26,295 bases of DNA from a virus (taxonomy: Duplodnaviria; Heunggongvirae; Uroviricota; Caudoviricetes): the IMG/VR virus record IMGVR_UViG_2703718850_000007; one strand, 5' to 3'. Below the pieces are notes generated by a model, which was not told where the DNA came from, made no database searches, and worked only from the letters and a program-made list of their open reading frames with translations. The translations under genes and the position numbers were made by a program. Below are positions 1-13,436 of this stretch, in pieces. Numbering within the stretch: the first letter of the stretch is position 1; each line of letters begins with the position of its first letter.

Positions 1-1284
1 TTACAGACTTCTGGAAGGTTGCGCAGCTCTTACAACACGCGGTTGATCTTCCGCAGCGTCTTCCAGCGCACTTAAATCACGGTCTTTCACCTCTGGCATT
101 TTCAGCGCAGAGATTAAACCAATCACTGAATATGCCATGATCATAATGGCGATCGGATACCAGGATTCCGTCATGGTGCAGAAAATACCCGCCAGGATAG
201 GACCAAAACCGGAAGCGATAAGACCACCAATTTCTTTAGAAATAGCCATCCGGGTAAAGCGGTTTTTACAGCCGAACATTTCTGCCATGGTAATGTTTTC
301 CAGAGCAAATAATCCCAGCACCGCACAGTTATGAATCACAATCAGTGCAACCATAATGGTGCTCGGGGCATAGCTTTTATCTACAATGATAGAAAGCATT
401 GGCCATGCCAGCACAATCGCGGAGGTATTCATAATAATATACGGGATCCGGCGACCAATTTTATCGGATAACCAACCAAGGAACGGAATGGTCATAAAGC
501 CGAGAATCGAACTGATCATCAATGCATCTGTTGGAATTGCTTTGTTAAACAATAACGTCTGCACTAAATAGCCTGCAAGGAAAGTCTGAATTAACCCGGA
601 GTTACCCGCCTGACCAAAACGCAGCCCTGTTGCCAGCCAGAAGGATTTGCTCTGGAACATGCTACCAGCAGGTGCAGGTTTTGCTGTCGGTTGGTTACTG
701 TCGTTAACCTTCTCAAAGACCGGGCTTTCTTTCAGATTCATACGCAACCAGATAGCAAAGACCATCACGACAACACTCGCCAGGAACGGTATACGCCATC
801 CCCACGCCAGCAGTTCCTCTTTACTGAGAATGAAGAACATAAAGGCCCAGATTGCCGTTGCGCTCAAGGTTCCGCAGTTAGTTCCCATAGCCACAAATGA
901 GGAGATAATTCCGCGCTTACCTTTTGGCGCATATTCCGCCAGCATCGTACCGGCACCGGAAATTTCCGCACCTGCACCCAACCCCTGAATAATACGCAAC
1001 GTCACCAGCAAGATGGGTGCAAAAACACCAATCTGTGCATAGGTCGGTAACACACCAATTAAGGTGGTACAGATCCCCATCATGGTGATGGTAATAAAGA
1101 GCACTTTTTTACGCCCTATTCTGTCGCCCATTTTGCCGAAAATAAATGCTCCGACAATACGCGCCACATAACCTGCACCGTAGGTTCCCATTGCCAGAAT
1201 TAACGCCATTGCCGTTGATGATTCAGGAAAAAATATTTCATGAAACACTAACGCTGCGCCGAGCGAATATAACTGGAAATCCAT
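1..1284 (-). CDS. ydfJ: MFS (MHS-family) metabolite:H+ symporter, N-terminally truncated by the prophage insertion
   Basis: 427-aa ORF on the minus strand with ProP/KgtP-like motifs (GDRIGRKK, multiple TM segments). It begins inside the conserved TM1 region (MDFQLYSLG, equivalent to EWFDF.VY in paralogs), so about 25-30 N-terminal residues appear to be missing. Stop codon complement at 1-3. Confidence 0.85.
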   Translation of the reverse strand: MDFQLYSLGAALVFHEIFFPESSTAMALILAMGTYGAGYVARIVGAFIFGKMGDRIGRKKVLFITITMMGICTTLIGVLPTYAQIGVFAPILLVTLRIIQGLGAGAEISGAGTMLAEYAPKGKRGIISSFVAMGTNCGTLSATAIWAFMFFILSKEELLAWGWRIPFLASVVVMVFAIWLRMNLKESPVFEKVNDSNQPTAKPAPAGSMFQSKSFWLATGLRFGQAGNSGLIQTFLAGYLVQTLLFNKAIPTDALMISSILGFMTIPFLGWLSDKIGRRIPYIIMNTSAIVLAWPMLSIIVDKSYAPSTIMVALIVIHNCAVLGLFALENITMAEMFGCKNRFTRMAISKEIGGLIASGFGPILAGIFCTMTESWYPIAIMIMAYSVIGLISALKMPEVKDRDLSALEDAAEDQPRVVRAAQPSRSL

Positions 1285-2070
1285 AATTCACAGGTGTTTT
1301 TTCCCATCCTGTGGTTTCCTTGGCGTTTTCTAGGTTTTTTCAGATAGTTGCATTTTTTTAAAAAGCATCCTAAGTTCGATCTCAGTGTCTATCTGGGGCC
1401 TATTTCTGTCCCATATATGCCCCAAAAAAACTCCCCAACAGATAAGTAGTTTTTTCATGGATTTATGCGTAAAATCAAGAACGGCTGGAAATCATTCAAT
1501 ACTCACACTATCGAAAAATTTACCAGCCAATCGCAGCACGTTCTTGCATAAGGCGTGTCTGCGGTTTTTCAACTATTCAGATACATCACTCCCATCACAT
1601 TCATTCCTCCGCATCAAAGGCATATAGGCTATATCACCTTGATATTTTTCTTTTTCAGATAAAAACTGTTATCTATGTATACTTTTAAACCCAATCCGTG
1701 TAGAGTCTCTGCATAAGATAGTTTGCAGTTGCCGCTTCAGCTTGCGCCATAAACCGCCTGATTTTTGCTGCCACCTGTTAGCATTCCTGTATACCTGAAA
1801 CGACAATGTTTATCTACGAACTTTAAGAACACCCAAGATAAAAATTGTCAACTATATCATATATAACACATTACTAATTCGAGGCTATATGAACAGCATA
1901 CTGATAATCACATCTCTCCTTATCATATTCAGCATTTTTAGTCATGCCCTAATAAAATTAGGGATTGGCATATCCAATAACCCAGACAAAACCGATGTAT
2001 AAGTCAACATATCCTGAATCAGACATACAATATCGCAATGAAAATCAATAATATTTTAAGGAATATCTTC

Positions 2071-2304
2071 ATGAAATCAAAAGACACCCTAAAGTGGTTC
2101 CCTGCGCAGCTTCCTGAAGTAAGAATTATCCTAGGGGATGCTGTAGTGGAAGTAGCAAAACAGGGAAGACCTATCAATACCAGAACATTGCTTGATTACA
2201 TTGAAGGAAACATAAAGAAAAAATCATGGCTGGATAACAAAGAATTATTACAAACAGCGATATCAGTTCTTAAAGACAACCAAAATTTAAATGGTAAAAT
2301 GTAA
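2071..2304 (+). CDS. ydfK: Cold-shock-associated small protein YdfK (paralog of Rac YnaE)
   Basis: 77-aa product MKSKDTLKWFPAQLPEVRIILGDAVVEV... with AAGGA about 10 nt upstream of the ATG at 2071. The ORF-track start at 2038 has no Shine-Dalgarno sequence. Confidence 0.8.
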   Translation: MKSKDTLKWFPAQLPEVRIILGDAVVEVAKQGRPINTRTLLDYIEGNIKKKSWLDNKELLQTAISVLKDNQNLNGKM

Positions 2305-2620
2305 TATAATAAACTTACTTTTTTATCATTTTTCCACTTTAACAACATTTTGCTCCACTTTTCCACGACCAAACAACTTGAAATCTGGTTAAAATAACAC
2401 GCAACACTATTCTTCTTCCTTGAGTCCGCCCGGAACTCGAAAAACAAACCGAGTTAAAGCCATTTTTCACAAAATCGATTTTGGGTCTCACCAAAATTAC
2501 GGGGTTGCATACGCATTCGTTTATTTTCGAACGTGTACATACAAATATGCACAAAAATAATCATAATTATTTTCTGAGATGCATTATGATATGAACACCA
2601 ATTTCGTATAGAGTCTCACT

Positions 2621-3211
2621 ATGTCTCAAATTTTTGCTTACTGTCGGATATCAACGCTGGATCAGACCACCGAAAATCAACGCCGGGAAATCGAAAGTGC
2701 AGGTTTTAAAATCAAACCTCAGCAAATAATCGAAGAACACATTAGCGGCTCAGCAGCAACCAGTGAGCGTCCTGGTTTTAACCGGTTGCTTGCTCGCCTG
2801 AAATGTGGTGATCAATTGATTGTGACAAAACTGGATCGCCTTGGTTGTAATGCAATGGATATCAGGAAAACAGTGGAACAACTGACCGAAACAGGTATCA
2901 GAGTGCATTGCTTGGCATTGGGGGGCATTGACCTGACCAGTCCAACAGGAAAAATGATGATGCAAGTAATTTCAGCAGTCGCTGAATTTGAACGAGACCT
3001 TTTACTTGAACGCACTCATTCCGGGATAGTAAGAGCCCGCGGCGCAGGGAAACGTTTTGGTCGACCACCTGTGTTAAATGAAGAACAGAAACAGGCGGTA
3101 TTCGAACGAATTAAGTCAGGTGTAAGTATAAGTGCCATTGCCCGGGAATTCAAAACCTCGCGGCAAACCATTTTAAGAGCCAAAGCAAAACTTCAGACAC
3201 CTGACATATAA
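2621..3211 (+). CDS. pinQ: Serine recombinase, DNA invertase of the Pin/Gin/Hin/Cin family
   Basis: 196 aa; N-terminal catalytic motif YCRISTLDQ (Ser nucleophile), resolvase fold and C-terminal HTH ([18 protein letters not shown]). Confidence 0.95.
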   Translation: MSQIFAYCRISTLDQTTENQRREIESAGFKIKPQQIIEEHISGSAATSERPGFNRLLARLKCGDQLIVTKLDRLGCNAMDIRKTVEQLTETGIRVHCLALGGIDLTSPTGKMMMQVISAVAEFERDLLLERTHSGIVRARGAGKRFGRPPVLNEEQKQAVFERIKSGVSISAIAREFKTSRQTILRAKAKLQTPDI

Positions 3212-3308
3212 AAAATAATCTCGGTGTGAGATGCTTTACGTCTTCCAAGCCCCCTTCCTTGCCGTAAATGGAAAGATACATCTAATTATAGAATTTATAT
3301 GTTTTACC

Positions 3309-3884
3309 CTACGGCAGTGCTGGCCATTCAATATCCTGTGCAGTTGACGTATCAACACGGTTCAGCAATACCCGATACTTTTTCCATGCTTCCAGCAACG
3401 AGATTTCTTCCTCCGTTGCAATTTCCAGATCTGCAGCATCCTGAAGCGGCGCAATATGCTCACTGGCTACCTGCATCAGGTTGTTTTTTGTTTCTTCCGC
3501 CTCCCGGATCCGGAACAGTTTTTCTGCTTCCGTATCCTTCACCCAGGCTGTGCCGTTCCACTTCTGAAACTCCCCTTCCGGCGATAACCAGGTAACATTT
3601 TCCGGTAACAGACCGAGTTCAGAAATAAATAACGCGTCGCCGGAAGCCACGTCATAAACCGTTTTACCCCGATGATCTTCAACGAGATGCCACGATGACT
3701 CATCACTGTTGAAAACAGCCACGAAGCCAGCCGGAATATCTGGCGGTGCAATATCGGTACTGTTTGCTGGCAGACCTGTATGAGGCGGAATATATGCATC
3801 ACCTTCACCAATAAATTCATTAGTTCCGGCCAGCAGATTATAAATTTTTATGGTCCGTGGTTGTTCACTCATTCTGAATGCCAT
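3309..3884 (-). CDS. tfaQ: Tail fibre assembly protein (Tfa)
   Basis: 191-aa ORF; start ATG overlaps the stop of the upstream stf fragment (TAATG); Tfa-like sequence. Confidence 0.85.
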   Translation of the reverse strand: MAFRMSEQPRTIKIYNLLAGTNEFIGEGDAYIPPHTGLPANSTDIAPPDIPAGFVAVFNSDESSWHLVEDHRGKTVYDVASGDALFISELGLLPENVTWLSPEGEFQKWNGTAWVKDTEAEKLFRIREAEETKNNLMQVASEHIAPLQDAADLEIATEEEISLLEAWKKYRVLLNRVDTSTAQDIEWPALP

Positions 3885-4440
3885 TATGCAAGCCTCACAA
3901 TATAGTTAAATGCGATGTTTTTGACGGTGTTTTCCGCGTTACCAGCAGCGTTAACGGTGATGGTGTGTCCATGTGAACCAATCGCAACGGAGTGCGTATG
4001 AGCACCAATACCGACAGTATGTGCATGTGCGCCTGCGCTTGCAGCAGTGCCGGACAGCGAGTGGGTATGAGCACCATCTGATGATGTCTTCCCTGCATTA
4101 CGAGTCTGGCCACTACCGCTTGTTGTGCTCATAATCCCCGCGCTTAGATTTGAAATCGCGGTATAACCATTAGGGAAAATGCTCGTGTTCGTGCCACCAA
4201 ATGCACCGGAACTCTTGTGTTGGTGCGCACCGGCACTATTTGCGGTCCCGCTAATACTATGGGTATGCGCCCCGGTGTTATTCGTGGATTTGGTTCCGTA
4301 ATCAAACGACGATGTGGTTTTCGTCCCCAAATCCGTACTGGATGCGCTGGCGCTGTGGGTGTGCGATTTAATGCCGTCCTGTTCCTGAGATAATACGGCC
4401 CGACCACTGGCGGGCTTGCCCTTAATCGTCCAGCCACGCA
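3884..4440 (-). pseudogene. stfQ: Side tail fibre Stf, C-terminal fragment only
   Basis: Gly/Ser/Thr-rich repeats with HTHS motifs, ending ...[14 protein letters not shown] as in lambda Stf. There is no real start: the apparent N-terminus is the reverse complement of terminase codons; junction at 4440/4441. Confidence 0.8.
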
Positions 4441-6665
<2,225 letters not shown>

Positions 6666-6685
<20 letters not shown>

Positions 6686-6996
6686 TCTCCCGCATATTGC
6701 CAGCATGGCTTTTAATGAGCCGCTGATGCTTGAACCCGCCTATGCGCGGGTTTTCTTTTGTGCGCTTGCAGGCCAGCTTGGGATCAGCCGCCTGACGGAT
6801 GCGGTGTCCGGCGACAGCCTGACTGCCCAGGAGGCACTCGCGACGCTGGCATTATCCGGTGATGATGACGGACCACGACAGGCCCGCAGTTATCAGGTCA
6901 TGAACGGCATCGCCGTGCTGCCGGTGTCCGGCACGCTGGTCAGCCGGACGCGGGCGCTGCAGCCGTACTCGGGGATGACCGGTTACAACGGCATTA
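6666..6996 (+). pseudogene. Head protease/scaffold (lambda gpC-like), N-terminal about 110 codons only
   Basis: GTG-initiated VTAELRNLPHIASMAFNEPLMLEPAYARVFF... matches the gpC N-terminus; identity ends at ...GYNGI, where the sequence becomes the reverse complement of the gpA N-terminal fragment. Confidence 0.85.
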
Positions 6997-8478
6997 GACG
7001 GATGCCCCTTTAATGGGGATCACCCGGAACAGCCCATGTTTTTTCGAGCGTTCATACACAATGGTCGGGTCAATCCCGCCAGTATCCCAGCAGATACGGG
7101 ATACCGACATTTCTGCACCATTCCGGCGGGTATAGGTTTTATTGATGGCCTCATCCACACGCAGCAGCGTCTGTTCATCGTCGTGGCGACCCATAATAAT
7201 CTGCCGGTCAATCAGCCAGCTTTCCTCACCCGGCCCCCATCCCCATACGCGCATTTCGTAGCGGTCCAGCTGGGAGTCGATACCGGCGGTCAGGTAAGCC
7301 ACACGGTCAGGAACGGGCGCTGAATAATGCTCTTTCCGCTCCGCCATCACCTCAGCATCCGGACGTTCGCCGATTTTCGCTTCCCATGTCTCACCGAGCG
7401 TGGTGTTCACGAAGGTTTTACGTTTTCCCGTATCCCCTTTCGTCTTCATCCAGTCTTTGACAATCTGCACCCAGGTGGTGAACGGGCTGTACGCCGTCCA
7501 GATGTGAAAGGTCACACTGTCCGGCGGCTCAATCTCTTCACCGGATGACGAAAACCAGAGAATGCCATCACGGGTCCAGATCCCGGTCTTTTCGCAGATA
7601 TAACGGGCATCAGTAAAGTCCAGCTCCTGCTGGCGGATGACGCAGGCATTATGCTCGCAGAGATAAAACACGCTGGAGGGGTCATCCGGCGTCCATTTGA
7701 GGCCAAACGGCGTCTCTTTGTCGCCAAATTTAAGATACTGCTCCTCCCCGCAGTGCGGGCAGGCAACATGAAAACGCATAAAATGCAGGGATTCACTGGC
7801 TGCACGCTCAATCTGGCAGGTGCCTCTCACTTTGGGCGTGGAGCCACGGATGGACTTTGGCCAGACCGAGCCTTCAATACGTTTGTCGCCAAGGAACGTC
7901 GGAGAGCCTTCCTGTTCAATATCCTCATCAAAGGCAGCAAGTTCATCATAACCCGCCACATCCACCGACTTTTCACGGTAGTTTTTTGCCGCTTTACCGC
8001 CCAGGCACCAGAAGCCACGACCATTGGAAAAACGCTTCATAGTGAGCGTGTTATCCCGGTGCTTTTTGCCATACCACGGAGCCAGCGCCAGCAGCGACGG
8101 AATATCGCGGATGGTCGGCTCAACGTGGGTTTTCATAAAGTTCTCGGCATCACCATCCGTCGGCAACCAGATAAGGGTGTTGCGCTGCTTATGCTCTATA
8201 AAGTAGGCATAAACACCCAGCAGCATTTTGGAATAACCGACACGGGCAGACTTCACCACATTCACCTCACGGATGTAGTCGCTGCCCATCGCATTCATGA
8301 TGGCCCGCTGAAAGGGCAGTGTTTCCCAGCGCCCTTCCTGGTATGCGGATTCTTTCGGGAGATAGTAATTAGCATCCGCCCATTCAACGGCGGTCTGTGG
8401 CTCCGGCCTGAACAGTGAGCGAAGCCCGGCGCGGACAAAATGCCGCAGCCTGTTAACCTGACTGTTCGATATATTCAC
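6994..8478 (-). pseudogene. Terminase large subunit (lambda gpA), N-terminal 494 codons, truncated
   Basis: MNISNSQVNRLRHFVRAGLRSLFRPEPQTAVEWADANYYLPKESAYQEGRW... ends at ...IPIKGASV followed by a stop created at the rearrangement junction; it overlaps the Nu1 3' end as in lambda. Confidence 0.9.
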
Positions 8479-8998
8479 TCAGCAACCCCGGTATCAGTTC
8501 ATCCAGCGCGGCTGCTTTGTTCATGGCTTTGATGATATCCCGTTTCAGGAAATCAACATGTCGGTTTTCCAGTTCCGGAAAACGCCGCTGCACCGACAGG
8601 GGGATCCCGTCGAGAATACTGGCAATTTCACCTGCGATCCGCGACAGCACGAAAGTACAGAATGCGGTTTCCACCACTTCAGCGGAGTCTCTGGCATTTT
8701 TCAGCTCCTGTGCGTCGGCCTGCGCACGCGTAAGTCGATGGCGTTCGTACTCAATAGTCCCTGGCTGGAGATCTGTCTCGCTGGCCTGCCGCAGTTCTTC
8801 AACTTCCCGGCGCAGCTTTTCGTTCTCAATTTCAGCATCCCTTTCGGCATACCATCTTATAACGGCGGCAGAGTCATAAAGCACCTCATTACCCTTGCCA
8901 CCGCCTCGCAGAACGGGCATTCCCTGTTCCTGCCAGTTCTGAATGGTACGGATACTCGCACCGAAAATGTCAGCCAGCTGCTTTTTGTTGACTTCCAT
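8453..8998 (-). CDS. nohA: Terminase small subunit (lambda Nu1-like)
   Basis: 181 aa, MEVNKKQLADIFGASIRTIQNWQEQGMPVLRGGGKGNEVLYDSAAVIRWYAERD... with a winged-HTH N-terminus. Confidence 0.95.
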   Translation of the reverse strand: MEVNKKQLADIFGASIRTIQNWQEQGMPVLRGGGKGNEVLYDSAAVIRWYAERDAEIENEKLRREVEELRQASETDLQPGTIEYERHRLTRAQADAQELKNARDSAEVVETAFCTFVLSRIAGEIASILDGIPLSVQRRFPELENRHVDFLKRDIIKAMNKAAALDELIPGLLSEYIEQSG

Positions 8999-8999
8999 T

Positions 9000-9187
9000 G
9001 TTCATTCCACGGCCAAAAACAGAGAAAGGAAACGACAGAGGCCCAAAAGCTCGTTTTCAGCACCTGTCGTTTCCTTTCTTTTCAGGGGGTATTTTAAATA
9101 AAAACATTAAGTTACGACGAAGAAGAACGGAAATGCCTTAAACCGGAAAATTTTCATAAATAGCGAAAACCCGCGAGGTCGCCGCCC
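9000..9187 (-). other. cos packaging site: cosB (Nu1 R-sites) plus cosN
   Basis: The reverse complement of 9176-9187 is GGGCGGCGACCT, the lambda 12-nt cohesive end, about 180 bp upstream of the Nu1 start. Inverted GGAAACGACAG elements at about 9030 and 9066 resemble Nu1-binding R sites. Confidence 0.8.
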
Positions 9188-9386
9188 CGTAACCTGTCGG
9201 ATCGCCGGAAAGGACCCGCAAAATGATAATAATTATCATCTGCATGTCACAACGTGCATCTACGCCATCAAACCACGTCAAATAATCAATTATGACGCAG
9301 GTATCATATTAATTGATCTGCATCAACTTAACGTAAAAACAACTTCAGACAATACAAATCAGCGACACTGAATACGGGGCAACCTC

Positions 9387-9620
9387 ATGTCAACGAAGAA
9401 CAGAACCCGCAGAACAACAACCCGCAACATCCGCTTTCCTAACCAAATGATTGAACAAATTAACATCGCTCTTGAGCAAAAAGGGTCCGGGAATTTCTCA
9501 GCCTGGGTCATTGAAGCCTGCCGCCGGAGACTGTGCTCAGAAAAAAGAGTTTCTTCTGAAGCAAACAAAGAAAAGAGTGACATTACTGAATTGCTCAGAA
9601 AACAGGTCAGACCAGATTGA
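9387..9620 (+). CDS. ynfO: Small basic prophage protein (YnfO-like)
   Basis: 77-aa ORF between cos and ydfO; assigned by position and size from remembered K-12 Qin gene order; Arg/Thr-rich N-terminus. Confidence 0.5.
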   Translation: MSTKNRTRRTTTRNIRFPNQMIEQINIALEQKGSGNFSAWVIEACRRRLCSEKRVSSEANKEKSDITELLRKQVRPD

Positions 9621-9677
9621 AGCAATTTAGATAATCGTGCAGACTACGCCCCCTCATATCACATGGAAGGTTTATCT

Positions 9678-10088
9678 ATGGATCAGGTAGTCATTTTTAA
9701 ACAAATATTTGATAAAGTTCGAAACGATTTAAACTATCAATGGTTTTATTCTGAGCTAAAACGTCACAATGTCTCACATTACATTTACTATTTAGCCACA
9801 GAGAATGTTCATATTGTATTAAAAAATGATAATACAGTGTTATTAAAGGGCCTAAAAAACATTGTGTCTGTCAAATTTTCAAAGGATAGGCATCTTATAG
9901 AAACGACCTCTAATAAGCTGAAATCCAGAGAGATCACATTTCAGGAATACAGAAGAAACCTTGCTAAAGCAGGAGTTTTTCGGTGGGTTACAAATATCCA
10001 CGAACAAAAAAGATATTACTATACCTTTGATAATTCATTACTATTTACTGAAAGCATCCAGAAAACTACACAGATCTTACCACGCTAA
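9678..10088 (+). CDS. ydfO: DUF1398-family prophage protein YdfO
   Basis: 136 aa from the ATG at 9678 (GGAAGG upstream); [38 protein letters not shown]... Confidence 0.75.
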
Positions 10089-10239
10089 ACCATAACGTCC
10101 GGCTTCTCTCACTCCTGAGCCGGACTGCATTGGTTTAATAAAAACCATCAACAATTGTGATTTAGATATTCGGAACCATTCAAATATAACAAAACCCCGT
10201 AAAAACGAGGTTTATGGATAAATTTTATTATTGAATACA

Positions 10240-10413
10240 TCAGATTAAATTAATCTTGACATCATAGCTTTCAAGACCCGTCATTTTTTCCCGTGCGGTA
10301 AACTGAATACTGGTAACTTCTTTCCCGGTCTTTTTCTTAAGTTCAATAATTTTTTTTGTTATATATTCAGAAATATCTGCTTCTGCTTTTGTTTTTAAGT
10401 TTTCAATATTCAT
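10240..10413 (-). CDS. gnsB: GnsB, Gns-family small protein (suppressor of secG null, fatty-acid unsaturation)
   Basis: Hand-translated 57 aa, MNIENLKTKAEADISEYITKKIIELKKKTGKEVTSIQFTAREKMTGLESYDVKINLI; not in the ORF track because it is under 60 aa. Confidence 0.85.
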   Translation of the reverse strand: MNIENLKTKAEADISEYITKKIIELKKKTGKEVTSIQFTAREKMTGLESYDVKINLI

Positions 10414-10584
10414 CATTTCCTCTTTTAGTCTGTTATGACTTTCCAGTTACACAGTAAGTCGATTATATGGTGCAAACGTGTAAAAGATAAGATGAAACAT
10501 CGCAATAATCAACATACGATAGTCTAAATTTTACACAAACAGACAAAGAGAATTTTCCTGAATTATCAATGCAATAGCATCAAA

Positions 10585-10815
10585 TCAACTCAAGAGCCTT
10601 ATTGCTGCTTCCAGAATTTCTTCTGAAGTAACATGTCGATCCGCGGCTACATAAATGACTTTATGATCTCCGGTCAGAGATGGAAACCCTGCGGCCATTA
10701 CAGTAAGGTGTGTTTTTTCGCCATTTGGATATTCACGCATGATGGTGTTAACTCCAGTCATCGCTGGCACTACCACTGCTGGTTCAGAGTTAAAAAAAAC
10801 TATGATTTTTTTCAT
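10585..10815 (-). CDS. ynfN: Small prophage protein at the ynfN position; start ambiguous
   Basis: ORF between gnsB and cspI on the same strand; MKKIIVFFNSEPAVVVPAMTGVNTIMREYPNGEK... (76 aa from the first ATG; internal ATGs give 58- or 51-aa products). Assigned by position only. Confidence 0.35.
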   Translation of the reverse strand: MKKIIVFFNSEPAVVVPAMTGVNTIMREYPNGEKTHLTVMAAGFPSLTGDHKVIYVAADRHVTSEEILEAAIRLLS

Positions 10816-11086
10816 GATGTTACCGTAGTATGTGAGTATCCATCGAATAGACACCAAGCAAAAAAGCTCCCGAAGGAGCCTTCATTTTCACTTTTTTAAA
10901 TCCAACGACAGACGGCTGGCATTTAAGTATTGTGAAATATTATCAAATGTAATCATCATTGATTTACAAAAGATACATTTTGCCCCGAAAGGATTCATGT
11001 CAGAAACATCAAAAGATGATGTTCTATACTGGGAACCATGACAACACGGGCATCTAAAGTGAATATGGTTTGTAATATTGTCTACC

Positions 11087-11299
11087 TCAAAGCGCCACTA
11101 CATGAACAGCGGCAGGACCTTTAGGTCCGTTCTCAATACCAAATTCAACTTCCTGATTCTCAGTTAATGTTTTGAAATCGTTGCTCTGAATTGCTGAGAA
11201 ATGGACAAACACATCTTTGCTGCCATCTTTCGGCGTGATGAAACCAAAACCTTTTTCAGGGTTAAACCATTTCACTAAACCAGTCATTTTGTTAGACAT
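11087..11299 (-). CDS. cspI: Cold shock protein CspI (CspA family)
   Basis: 70 aa, [38 protein letters not shown]... with RNP1/RNP2 motifs. Confidence 0.95.
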   Translation of the reverse strand: MSNKMTGLVKWFNPEKGFGFITPKDGSKDVFVHFSAIQSNDFKTLTENQEVEFGIENGPKGPAAVHVVAL

Positions 11300-11661
11300 A
11301 ATTATTACCTTTTGAAGAAATTAGCCCTTGGGCAGAATGGTCCGAAAAAAAATATCAGAGAGAAAAACCAACAAGGAAATCTCAAGAGGTACAAATAATA
11401 AAATTATAACAATGACTGCTTCAGATAAATTTGTAACAAACCAGAACACCATTAACGCATGATTAACCACCCATAGCAAGGATTACTTTTGTAAAGAAAA
11501 ACACAGCAATGAAAGAATAGCTTTATTTATTAATAAAACGTGTCATTCTGATTAAGACCTTTTATCTTACCCTTAAGATTTCAGGAATTTTGGCTCATGG
11601 AAGAGTCCTTTTTATTTAAATTTTACATTCCGCGATGTAAATGTTCCGATTTAATATTACC

Positions 11662-12685
<1,024 letters not shown>

Positions 12686-12689
<4 letters not shown>

Positions 12690-12997
12690 AGATATTTATG
12701 ATGAGGACGCTCGTGCTTATTGGCAGGATTTTCAATCTTAAAGGAGTACTGATGCTGCAGATAAGACTCAACTTTTTCTGACAATTTTTCTGCTACTTCC
12801 AGGAAGACTTGCCGGACGCTCCTTCTGGCTGCTGCCTCATAAAACTCCAGCGCAGCTCCTTCAACACGGTCCATGGCGACATCCAGGTCAAAAATTTCAC
12901 CGTCAAAGCGTTCTTTGTCCTGTAAGGCTACAGTTACCGTAACTTTATTCTCAAAATTACGGACTCCTTTCACAACCAGTTCATAGTCTTGAGTCAT
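12686..12997 (-). CDS. ydfR: YdfR (DUF1327) prophage protein
   Basis: 103-aa ORF between the holin and endolysin genes, overlapping the endolysin start. Confidence 0.65.
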
Positions 12998-13001
12998 TGG
13001 A

Positions 13002-13217
13002 TTACTCTCCTCTCGCAGCCTTACGCCTGTCTTCTTTAATCTTGAAATAAAGATTTGTCAGATACGTCAGCAGGCCAAAAACCAGGCTACCCAGCACACC
13101 GATTGCAGCCCACTGTGACGGAGTTACTTTATCGAGTAACTGCAATGCCCAGAAACCAGCATTACCCGCCGATGTGCCATAGGCAACACCTGTTGTTAAC
13201 TTATCCATTGATTTCAT
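13002..13217 (-). CDS. essQ: Pinholin (phage 21 S-like holin)
   Basis: 71 aa, [53 protein letters not shown]...[11 protein letters not shown], with dual-start motif (M1/M4), two TM segments and GGTGAGGA RBS. Confidence 0.9.
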   Translation of the reverse strand: MKSMDKLTTGVAYGTSAGNAGFWALQLLDKVTPSQWAAIGVLGSLVFGLLTYLTNLYFKIKEDRRKAARGE

Positions 13218-13436
13218 ATCCTCACCCCGATGTACACGGATGGTGCAATATGTTTGAAAAGATCGGAGTCTACGGGGTAGTTTTGACAGCACACGTTGTT
13301 CTCAACGGCGCTAAAAAAACATACACATTAAAAATGTGGGTAATTATTTTGAAAGAAAGTCATATATAAAATAATAATACGAGAAATGTTTTCATATTTA
13401 GTGTACTGTATACGGCCATTTATACAGGAAAAGCCT

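Noticed and set aside
2038-2070. Upstream ATG start for ydfK given by the ORF track
   Set aside because: No Shine-Dalgarno; the ATG at 2071 has AAGGA at appropriate spacing and gives the 77-aa product.
3212-3308. Possible Pin crossover (gix-like) site between pinQ and tfaQ, TTCCTTGCCGTAAATGGAAAGATA
   Set aside because: Only loose resemblance to the Gin/Hin 26-bp consensus and no dyad symmetry; not supportable without a motif search.
7651-8418. 255-aa plus-strand ORF
   Set aside because: Lies entirely antisense to the well-supported terminase large subunit N-terminal fragment; low-complexity Arg/Ala-rich translation typical of a GC-rich shadow frame.
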